Source: Euprymna scolopes (lineage: Eukaryota). From it: DNA of 64,000 nt. Within the stretch, counting starts at the first letter, position 1. Every line of letters starts with the position of its first letter. The position numbers and the translations under genes were made by a program. Shown one piece after another: positions 13,054 through 24,711 of the stretch. The notes below the pieces were generated by a model, which had not been told where the DNA came from, searched no databases, and was given only the letters and a program-made list of their open reading frames with translations. The DNA is taken from NCBI GenBank assembly GCA_053919585.1, contig CM132787.1; one strand, 5' to 3'.

Positions 13054-13649
13054 GTAATGTGATTGATAATTTAAAAATCAAATTATAATTAAATTAAAAA
13101 TACGTTTCATAAGAAGGAACAACAACAAAATCAATAATTTGTACGATCGTTTCGGAAAACAGTGTTTTTATTGTGGTAGACATCAAATTACGGACAATAA
13201 CTTTTACATATAGTGTTTTTAACAAATAAAATTTCCTCATCAGAAAATATTTGGAAGGGTTTTTAGTATATGTAAAAGACACCATAAATAAACCTAGGAT
13301 TACAAGTAAGGCAGATGTATATGGAATTCCGGTTTTATATCTTCCAATGCCTTTTCCTTCATACTATACATTTCCTTTTCCTTCATTTTGTTTGTCTTTT
13401 GATACAAAGAGTCAAAGTTACTGTGATAGTCTATTGTTACATTTTCAAACAGAGGGGGGTTTCCCCTTTCTTTTTCACCATTGAGTAAATTGTTGTTGAA
13501 TGTTGATTTTATTTTATTTTTTAATCATTCGTTTATAAATATGTTAAAAAGAAATTCGGAATTTATGTTTTCAGTAGAAATGACAATGAAAATAATAATT
13601 CTTAAATGCGATGCATACATATGCATATATATACATATGCATATGTATG

Positions 13650-13703
<54 letters not shown>

Positions 13704-13901
13704 GGATGACAAATAGTCTAATCTATGTGTCATGCATAGATATAAACTAATATGTTTATAAAGGTGAGAGTAAGACGTTCATGATTAATGGATATTTTGC
13801 GATTATCATTTCCTCACATATATAGATTAATCAATGCAATTGGAATACCCATATTTCATGATCAATGTAACTTGCATTCATCAAGAAATGAACATTTTAT
13901 G

Positions 13902-13937
<36 letters not shown>

Positions 13938-14290
13938 ATTTCCTGTGTATATTTTAAAATGCATGATTGATATAGTTATAAAATACCTATCATACAAACT
14001 GTTTGTTTGAAATCGCTGAATTTACTTGAATTTATCTTATCCTCTCATTGAAATGTTCTGATGAATGACAAGAGCAATAATATTAAACATAATGTTCCCG
14101 CTTTATTAAATTGATATATCGTTTATTTGCTTTCTTTATGGCGCAATGTAAATAACAGAACGAAGTATTTGTTCTAAAACTATTTGTATTCATAAAATGC
14201 GCAAAACGAAATAACGTGTTATTCTTAGTTTCCTTTTACAAAATATCGAAAACAGTATGAATTATATTGAATAAACAAATAATTACTATC

Positions 14291-14345
<55 letters not shown>

Positions 14346-14522
14346 GTTTTGTCTGGGTGTGTTTGTGTAGGTATGTGTATGTACACTTATGTACAAATAT
14401 AATTCCTACACTAATTTATATGTGTAGGTATACAGCTAATTGTGCGAGTGTTTATTCGATGGAATTGCGTGCATACATAGACAGTTTGCATAGCATTTCT
14501 CAGAAAACTAAAAACACACACA

Positions 14523-14590
<68 letters not shown>

Positions 14591-15509
14591 AAGTACATTC
14601 GAACATTTTAATTTAATATCATATAACGGACAGCCAATCTTTCTGTATGTATCGCGGTCATTCACTTTTTTGATATACTAGCAGGAGGAGGGGGCGCCCG
14701 GCCTTGTCCGTAGTAACATACGGGTAAATCTGTTATAAAGCGCGAATAAAGTGCTTCCTAGTTGAGTTGTTAAAAAAAATCCCGTGAGAAAGCCGAGAAT
14801 CTGAAAAGATAATAGAAAGAAAACGTTATCAATAGGAAAAAAATATGGTTGCCGCAAACTTGCAAAAATTAATTTCGTAAGCAAATACTCTATCGATTAG
14901 ACTAGTACGTCACAGATGCTGTTACTTTACAAATAAAGCTTTATAAAATACAAGCACGAATAGACTGTTGGGGCATGCGTGATGTTTCAACAACGGCGCT
15001 ACAAAGATTTTTATCTGGCGTCACCTTCTAAAAATACTATATTTCTACATGGAAGAATTTACGAATTTCATCTAATTTTTTCATATGAAATAATTGACGA
15101 TTTTCTTCTAATTTTTCGATATAATGTGTCCGGGAGATCACACTTGCTAACAGTTCCTGAGTCATGCCGGTCTATTGAGATGCATATAATACATGACAAT
15201 ATCACAATATTTTGTGTATAGGCTTAATCAGAGCATAATATTCCACGCCTATTGTATGTGTATATATTTATTTACTTCAGAAAAATGTACTTAAAATATG
15301 AAGATAATACATGAGGACACGTAAAATAAAATATATTGTTTTAAAATTAACATAACTTTCAAAAAAATCTCAGGAGAAAATAATTCAAAAGATTATGACT
15401 TTGTTTTAGTTGTAAAACGTAAAGGCAATTTTTCCATTTGTAACTTTTAAATTACTTGGCATTCCTCTCTACATAATTAAAAAGCTATTCATAAAATATA
15501 CTTTTTTGT

Positions 15510-15750
15510 GTATATGCAGATATTGTTTTATGTATATACATATATTTTATTGTTATGTATATTCAGATATTTTTAATGTATATACAGATAATTTTTTATG
15601 TATATACAGATATTATTTTATACAGATAGTATTTATGTATATAAAAATATTATTTAATGTATATACCTATATTATTTATGTATATAAAGATATTAGTAAT
15701 GCATATACAGATATTATTTTATGTATATACAGATATTTTTTATGTATATA
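15510..15750. repeat. Degenerate AT-rich minisatellite (~21-22-bp unit tgtatatacagatattatttt)
   Basis: Repeated atgtatatacagata(t)tatttt motif. Confidence 0.75.
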
Positions 15751-15844
15751 AAGGTACGCGAGTATAAATCTATCTTGCACTTTTGTATTTACTGCATGGT
15801 AATATGTAAATATGATTTTAGTCATTTAGTATACTTTTATATTA

Positions 15845-15911
<67 letters not shown>

Positions 15912-15934
15912 TTAGAATTATTTTGATACCTACA

Positions 15935-16072
15935 AATACTAGGGTTTCATCCCTTCGGGAAACCTCGGTGAAGACGGTCAGGATTACCACCAATCAAGAG
16001 ATTAAGACCCGGCAACGAATCCATCGCTTACTGCAATAGCAAGGCACTAACCATTCACCATTCAGCCAACTT
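15935..16072 (-). mobile_element. Putative tRNA-derived SINE with a hammerhead-like relic at its 3' end
   Basis: Minus strand: TGGCTGAATGG (A-box-like) ... GGATTCGTTGCC (B-box-like) ... CCGAGGT-TTCCC-GAA-GGGAT-GAAAC. Flanked by (TA)n tracts. Confidence 0.4.
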
Positions 16073-16096
16073 AAACTGTGGCGAGAATATAGTTGA

Positions 16097-16175
<79 letters not shown>

Positions 16176-17468
16176 AGATCGTGATGTTTAAATCAATTGA
16201 TCACTCTGGCATTTTTTAATAAGATTTTCGATTTATATCAATGTTAATTTCAGCTAATGACTGATTGGTCGATACTCTCGCGAAGGTTACGTACCACCCA
16301 AAAATTATTTTACTAAGATACTAAGATACCCAACCACTTAAAATAAGAGAAATATGAAAAAGTTTACCTTGGAATATTTTTTCTCCAAATATCCAATCAA
16401 GAATAACAAGCTGTATACGAATATACTCCCGATAAAAAATTTAAAAATATCCAAAAAATAAACTGGAAACCGGTAATGACGGAAACGATAAAACGCAGCC
16501 TTTCATTAAACTTCTTTTGATTTAAAATCAATTAAAAGCCCAGAATTATATTACTGAGGAAATATCGAGAATGACCATTAAATATCATTAACAAAGATTT
16601 ACAAATAAACAAAACAATGCACTGAAAATAAAATAGCTACTGACATCCAGACACTTACATGCACTACTATGCTTTGAAACGCTACGAGATTTCTAAACCT
16701 TGAACACAAAAAAAAAGCATGCCAAAAATAAAAAGAACCAACTAGCATGCAATTAATGTACATGCATAAATATAGCTACAAAATCAGAGACCGGATATAT
16801 AACTAATGATTATCCGAAGTAAATGGATCTGTCAGTCCTTAACGAAGGGGTGCCAAACAAGCCAACGTGCATACTCAATAATCTTGCAAAATGTTATATG
16901 TCTTAGACCAGAAAGTCAATTAGGAAATATATAGTCCAGCTATTGAAAATCAAGATTTACGTTAACTGAAGATCATACATACAACGCGAAACAGATGCTA
17001 CAGGATACCAAAGCCGCATAAACGCAGATCCTCCACACTAGATACAGTATCTTTTTCCTCCAATATTATTAAAATGAATTAGATAAATCTTTGCAATTTG
17101 CACAAACATATATAAAGGCTAGGCCATATCTTCTGTTTGAAGGAAAAACCTGTGGAAATAATAAAACAACGAGTACTCACCTGATGAACCGATAGCCGCT
17201 TACTACAGCGCATACTTCTACGATGTACTACTGGAGACTTCAAAAAATAACTGACTCCACTAATTTCATCGCCTTTTATAGAGATACGTGCATATGTTTA
17301 TTGTTTGACGTCGATGAAAAAACCTTAGATAGGCTTACAAAAAACTTGACTTTAATATTTTATAAAAACTGTTGTAAAGAACTATTAATATCAATATGAA
17401 TGAGGTCGATATACACTAAGACAAATTTCTAAGACATATTCCTATTTCTACAAACAAATTGAAACCAT

Positions 17469-18108
17469 AATATTTTTATTATCTGTCTTAAGAGGTTTCT
17501 CTGTACATATGATATTTGATTGAACGTGCCCTGAATTATATCTATGTATGTTTCGAGCTTTTACTAGCTTGGCTTGTGACACTCGTTCTATTTACAAAAC
17601 CATTTCTCTTTGCTCTTGTATGCAATTATCCTAGGCAGGGTTTTCTATTATCTTCAACTCATTGAGTATATTTTTTCATAAAGAGGATGGCTAAATAATT
17701 TTATAATTTGTGTAGCTCATGAGACCAGAATTTACTAATGTTGCAAGAATGTATTTGAAGAGGGTATAAATAATAACAGGCCATATAATAATATGGCCTG
17801 TTATTATTTATACCCTCTTCAAATACATTCTTGCAACATTAGTAAATTCTGGTCTCATGAGCTACACAAATTATAAAATTATTTAGCCATCCTCTTTATG
17901 AAAAAATATACTCAATGAGTTGAAGATAATAGAAAACCCTGCCTAGGATAATTGCATACAAGAGCAAAGAGAAATGGTTTTGTAAATAGAACGAGTGTCA
18001 CAAGCCAAGCTAGTAAAAGCTCGAAACATACATAGATATAATTCAGGGCACGTTCAATCAAATATCATATGTACAGAGAAACCTCTTAAGACAGATAATA
18101 AAAATATT
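17469..18108. repeat. Perfect long palindrome, 318-bp arms with a 4-nt loop
   Basis: 17469-17786 is the reverse complement of 17791-18108; centre ...ggccatat-aata-atatggcc.... No mismatches noticed by eye. Confidence 0.95.
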
Positions 18109-19089
18109 TAACATTACCTGCTTAGTGCCACCATTAAAACGCAATCAAACTACTTTTAACTTAAGATGGTAGAAATTTAACAGGAATTACAGTACTCTGC
18201 AACCTTGTAAGCTGCTCACTGTGCAAAGCTAAGAAATATCATGTAAAGTCATTAATGATATTAGTTAGCCATCTATGACATTAGAAAAATGTTTAAATAA
18301 CAGAAGCGAACAGTTAAAAGGGAGCATCCACAGAAGCCAGGCATTCTAAATAAGCTGGGAAAATCTTTTGGCGAATATAATAATCACATAACTAATCTGA
18401 AGTGACACAGAAATATAAAATATTGATAGTGTACAAATAAATAAAATACTATCATACACGAAAAAAACCTGTAAATTTCATAAAATTTTACATTAATATT
18501 GTTTTACATTTTATTTAATTTTCTGGTTTATTTATTTCATTTATCTAACATAATGTTAAGAAAATCATGTTAATATCTTTATACAAAAATAATTTTACAT
18601 CTAAAATACAAATGCTATTCTATAAACTCCTGAAAGAATACTTTCTACACTGAAAATAAAATTAATATAAATCAGGAAATATCAAATTTAAACTTTTAAA
18701 ATACAGGATTGTCTGTCTCTTTGAGAACGAAACTCCCTGTTACGAGTCGCTTCCAGTTAATACCTTTAACAAACACTTTTTAAAAGAGGTTTAAAATTCG
18801 ACAACCCACGAACATTTAAAAAATTCAGAAATATTCCAGTTGGAAAAAAAAATTAAGCCTTATTTATAAATTACTCCTGTGATATAGTAGTTTTATAATT
18901 ATAGAACTATTTTTCCGGTTTCTATTTTAATATTAGTTTTTTAATCATACTTTATCAATTAAAAATTGATGTTATGATTTTGGGGGAAAACTTCATCTTA
19001 GAAAACAGGACTTTATACTAAAGTGGGAGTCGGCGAAGTAAACTGTAATATGTATGTATGTATGTATGTATGTATATGTATATATATAT

Positions 19090-19128
<39 letters not shown>

Positions 19129-20010
19129 TTTATAGTTTAGTTAAGTTTCGTGGTTACATTTTAAATTCTGAAAAAAACAACATATAGAGACATATAGAGA
19201 CATATATTCGATTTAAGAATTTATTGTTTAACAAAAGGAATATATAGAGGGGGTTATTTTAATTTCCTTAATCCATGGATTTTCAACAGTGGCTCATATA
19301 ATCAAAGGAAATGAAATGCGGTTAGCAAAATGTTCAGCTGCGAATATAACTCCCAACCACAACAACAAGTGCAACTGATGGAACACCCACAAATCATACT
19401 CAAAACTCATTAACTACTGAACCAGCAACATTAGAGAGCTCCACTGAGTCCCACTATGGCAACCCCATGAATAAGACACATGATAACACCCAAGTTACTC
19501 AGGAACCCCATTCTGAAAATGATTCGAACCTAATAATCCCGTTTCCCTCTACAAGTTTATCCCACACCCATAGTAGAAACTCCGACAGCTTAAACACCTT
19601 AATGCAAATGTAAAATCCCACACGTATATCGGTGCAACGGCAAATCTAATTAAACTGATAATTTCCAACCATATAAGCCCCTTTAATAATGAAAACCCCA
19701 AATAGCAATAGAGATACCTCCATAACAACTCTGATTGAAAACCTCCAATATAGGAATATTCCGTACTCGCTAAAATGGGATTTATAGAAAAAATCCAATT
19801 CATACTCACCTAAATCCAAATTTTGCAACGTTTGCACTTCAGAAGCAGTTGCAATAATAACATATCCTAAAGCCACGATAAACACCAAAAATGAGCTTAT
19901 TTCGTTTTGCAAGCACAGAAAAAAAAAGTAAAGCCAGCTCAAAACCATTCAAGTAACCATACCTGAACTAGTTTTGGCGTGTTGCCCCTATATGTATAAG
20001 CAGGGATTCA

Positions 20011-20130
20011 CGCTTGTAGTAGTGTATATGTATGCACGCATGAGGGGGGATGTAGCTATGTAAATATTTACGCTTGTATGAGTGTGTATGTATGCACGCA
20101 TGAGCGGCGCTGTAGCTATGTAAATATTTA
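20011..20130 (+). repeat. 60-bp tandem duplication
   Basis: cgcttgta...tatgtatgcacgcatgag...tgtagctatgtaaatattta x2. Confidence 0.85.
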
Positions 20131-20537
20131 CGTATGTCTATATCTGTACTTATACATGTGAATGTTTGAGCAAGTATATGTTTGTACATGCCTATATATG
20201 TATGGCTGTACATCTGTATATAAATATATATGTATATATGTGTATATGTGTGTATGTGTATATATGTGTGTATATGTGTGTATGTATATGTGCATGATCT
20301 TGTCTCCTTTAATTTCANNNNNNNNNNNNNNNNNNNNNNNNNNNNNNNNNNNNNNNNNNNNNNNNNNNNNNNNNNNNNNNNNNNNNNNNNNNNNNNNNNN
20401 NNNNNNNNNNNNNNNNNNNNNNNNNNNNNNNNNNNNNNNNNNNNNTTTTGTGTTGAGTGTATATGCATATGATTATAAGCTGTAGTGTATATATGTATGT
20501 ATGCACGTGTCGGTGTGCGTGCATACGCGACTGTATG

Positions 20538-20578
<41 letters not shown>

Positions 20579-21096
20579 GTATGTTTGTTTGAGCATGGAC
20601 ATTTAACGTTGTTACACACCTTAGCCGTATATTAGTAAACTCTAACTGTCTAGATCTCCCTGGACCATATAAATGCGTTGGCAATTGAGTAGTATCCCCC
20701 TCTCTAAAATAGAATCATTAGATTAACCCGATCATTTGTTGATGTCTTTAACGGTAGGTGCACGCTCTCTGTATTTGTATGTTAGATATATCAGTGTGAG
20801 CACTTTTATCTCTTCTTAGACATAACATGTATGTAAATTTTATTTGCTGTACGTCTACGATGGTATGCAAATGGGGGTATGCCTTGCATGCTTGCATTTT
20901 ATTATAGCGATTTTCGGCCGTGCATATGGGCGCAGTTGTACACTCGAGTACATGCGCATGCATACTCGTCCGGCTGTATAAGTAGTTCCCTTCTCTAATA
21001 TGCGTGTTTGCGTTATAATATGTATATATGTAATTGAGTGAACATGTGCATCAGTATAAGGATGCGTGTGTATATAAGTCTGTATTTATGTATGCA

Positions 21097-21657
21097 CTAG
21101 CGGGGAGTACTCGGCGTTGCGCGGGTGTTTTTGGGTGTGTGTGGTCGGGCGAAAAACACGTAAAAATAGCTTAAATAACCCTGTTTAAATATTACAATTT
21201 TTAAAACTCGAATATAAAGACATCTCACACCACAATTCGAACCGAAAACGTTTAGATAATGAGGACGCTCTCTAAGCAACTGAGTTAAGACGACGTTGCC
21301 GAAATTGTGTTTCTTTTTAACATATTTTAAGTAAATCAGGTTACGACGTCGTATGACGCATGCGTAGAAGCGGAATCGTCATGAGAGGACGGTTTTTGCT
21401 GACCCCCTGTAGAAAACTATTGATTTCAGGGTGAAAGAATTAACGGTTTGGCCAATTTTCCGATGTTTGTCGGGCGATGGCTGGAAGTTTAAAATGATAC
21501 CAATCTGGAAAAAAATCCGTGACCCGCGTGGAAATTATTTTACGAGACATGCAAAAACACATACATACATACAAACAAACGCATATACATACATACAAAC
21601 ACACATTTTCGCGTTTATATATACATATATATATATATATATATAGGTATATATAGA
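21097..21657 (-). mobile_element. Complete non-autonomous Helitron (~560 bp)
   Basis: Minus strand: host A | TCTATATA...AAACGCGAAAATGTGTG 5' end. 3' GC-rich hairpin (cccgcgcaacgccgag), then CTAG | host T. No TSD. Confidence 0.75.
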
Positions 21658-21988
21658 TGGTATGGATCAGTGTTTGTGCTTAACTGTATACTATGTATAT
21701 GTGTACGTCTATATATGTATATGTACGTATGTATGTGTGTCTGTGGGTATATATGTGCTTATATCAGCACTTCTGTTAAGATTTGACATATTGATATACA
21801 AGTAATCATTATATAAATAGTTAAAATCAACCACACTTTGACGACCCCATACCCAGCCCCACATTTAAATCAATTATCCTCATTATAAATATAGCTAATT
21901 TACCACAGTATATAAAACACTCACTTAAACCTCAATTCCAAATCAATGAACAACAAAACAAGCTCCTCCATTGATCGCCTCCAAGAAG

Positions 21989-22035
<47 letters not shown>

Positions 22036-23383
22036 GAAATTTTAACAAATTTAATTAAACCAGATCACACTACAGCAACAAGCCTAATGAACTCACTTAT
22101 CTCAACTAATCAAGTCATTTTTAAATATGCACTCAAAATAAAATGAACCAAATATAAAATCACTTAAATAAGTAACCCTCCAAACATTCCATATTTTTCA
22201 CACCATGACTCTTCTATATCTCCACCTCATCGGCTCATCCAGCCGCACAGCAAAAACAGCACACGCACCACTTATCACGCTCACCCCCATTGAAAATCAC
22301 AAGAATATCCATTTCCAATTTGAACTTAAAGTCAAGAGCTCAACGCTTTTAAAAATACTAAAATACAATTCCTCCCCCCACGAAATAATTCCATTAAGAA
22401 CCTCTATGCTCGCCCAATTTTAACCCTCCCTCTATCTTTACCCTCTCTACTTCACACTACTCTTCCCGTACCCTTATCTAAATAGATTCCCTCACCCACT
22501 ATCAACAAGAAAGCGAACTATCTTTCTACCGGGGCTCACACCAGAGTGAGCCGTCCAACGCTCCGTTCTGAATATCATCTCCAGGATTATTTTACTATTT
22601 TGCTACATATACTATTGATTTTGAGGTGCATTGCATACTTTACTCAATGCTCAAATTCTATTACTCACGGAAATAATTACAATGGAATTGTATATCCACC
22701 TAATATCGGATACACTGTGTCAAGACCGAGAGAGCATTGACATCAACCTACACACACTCAACGCAACAACGAATAAGGCTGTCCCGTATACTTTTCGAAA
22801 AATCAATAAGGCGCAATACACTCTCGCTATATGGGAATTTTACTTCCTCCACTGGGCATATTTTCTGCCCACCTGGATTTATAACCCCGAACGACATTGG
22901 ACTCCTTCCGATAATGGATTACTCAGGTTGTATCAACTTCTCTTTTCTTATAATTGTTTCCATGTATTAAATTTTTTTTATTATAATTGTTTCCATATAA
23001 TTATCTACAATCACTCAAAAAACTATTTTCAATAATTGTGCTGAAAAGCAAAAATAGCGTCTATTCGCAGCTGAGCATTTTACTAACCGCATTTCATTTC
23101 CTCGTATGATATGAGCCATTGTTGCAAATCCCTGAAATAAGGAAATTAAAATAACCCCCTTTATATATTCCTTTTGTCAATCAATTAATTCTTTAAATTG
23201 AATATATGTCTCTATATGTAGTTTTTTTCAGAATTTTAAATTTGTACCACGAAATTTATATATTGCTCTATTCTTCAATATTGAGATTTTCCTTTTCGGC
23301 TAGGATCACCTTGAAAGTATCACTTCAAGTAATATCTATCAAGATTATCATCTGAATTCTATCAGTGTCTTATCTCGTGTATG

Positions 23384-23421
<38 letters not shown>

Positions 23422-24208
23422 CCATTTAACAACACATATCGGGAAAATATAACAAAAATATAACACGACGCTAAGCAAAAAATAATAATACAAATAATTA
23501 TATAGCATTGTAAACTACGCATTATAATTCGAAGCGTGCACGAATTTCATAGAGAAAAACCTAAAAAAAGAACAGTCTAAATCAAGTCCAACACAAATCA
23601 GGGGAAACCTTCTCGTTTGTATTTGCTTTGAAACACATCGTACAGATGTATTTNNNNNNNNNNNNNNNNNNNNNNNNNNNNNNNNNNNNNNNNNNNNNNN
23701 NNNNNNNNNNNNNNNNNNNNNNNNNNNNNNNNNNNNNNNNNNNNNNNNNNNNNNNNNNNNNNNNNNNNNNNNNNNNNNNNNNNNNNNNNNNNNNNAGGGA
23801 TTTTATTTAAGAAAACTAGTTTCAGGTAAAGCTATATTGAATTTTAGAGTTTAGATAATCTATAATGAAAAAAATAATTTACAAACAAAAGAAGAAATAC
23901 TATTTAAATCCAACAATTTAGTAAAACTAAAAACAAAGTGATTATGAACAAAATTAACACATTACACAGACGAACATTGGTGCATTTGAGAAGTACTAAA
24001 ACCTCATATGCCAGAAGGTCCGGCATATACATTTCATATTAGATTTTGTGATATTGCAGGGGTGCATCGAAGTTAATGTTTCCATTTAAATCATCATCAG
24101 AGCTCCTTTTGATATATACCTACACCAAGAGAAGCAGTCTTTATTGTAGGCACGCACTCTGCAATCTTTCCAACTTAAATGTAAGGTAAAATAAAACGCT
24201 TAAATAAA

Positions 24209-24244
<36 letters not shown>

Positions 24245-24247
<3 letters not shown>

Positions 24248-24711
24248 GAAAATTTTAAATTGGTTGACTTGCCGAGGGTATGTCGATGAGGAGGAAAGGA
24301 GTGCTGGTAGCTGTGACCAACACAACTGGTGGTCAGTTAAGCAAAGAAACTGAGTGTCTATTCATTATAAGTCAAAGAGATATGTCAATCACGCGTGAAT
24401 TTCCTTGACTAGTAGTTGGAGTAGATAAAAGGCGTGACCGCTCTACAGCTGTGGTAGTAGTTGTTGTTGTCTTTTAGACAAAGTACACTTCCACCATCGT
24501 TACTCATTTGTTACTTTTACAAGGAAAGACTGCTTGTAATGAACGTCGACATTTCGTTGCAAGACTTCAAACGTCTTTTCTCCTCCCCCTCCCTACTCGT
24601 CGGTAAGCTAATTCCGACACATTGCAACGGAGTTATTGAGTAAGGACGTTATTTCTATTTAAATGACTGTGATCTTTTTGTGTGCATACATATCCGTGGT
24701 TTTATAAAACA
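24245..24711 (+). repeat. 5' LTR of the BEL/Pao element
   Basis: Starts TGTGAAAATTTTAAA and shares ggagtgctggtagctgtgaccaacac...gttaagcaaagaaactgagtg...tcacgcgtgaat with 29743-29917. The 3' boundary (..aaaaCA followed by PBS-like gtaatgaccgt) is inferred. Confidence 0.8.

Larger units (their letters stand above)
19146..23254 (+). mobile_element. Penelope-like retroelement relic: 5' inverted terminal copy, GIY-YIG endonuclease C-terminus, long 3' region, with nested insertions
   Basis: 19146-19346 is an inverted copy of 23062-23254. 19600-19930 (+) encodes HTYIGATANLIKLIISNHISPF...YSLKWDL*KKSNSYSPKSKFCNVCTSEAVAII...NTKNELISFCKHRKK, typical of PLE GIY-YIG ends. Confidence 0.8.

Noticed and set aside
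16250-17250. A-rich, coding-like stretch, perhaps an old retroelement
   Set aside because: No recognisable motif could be reconstructed.
22546-23035. Overlapping 64-134 aa ORFs
   Set aside because: No recognisable domain; they lie within the Penelope-like relic.
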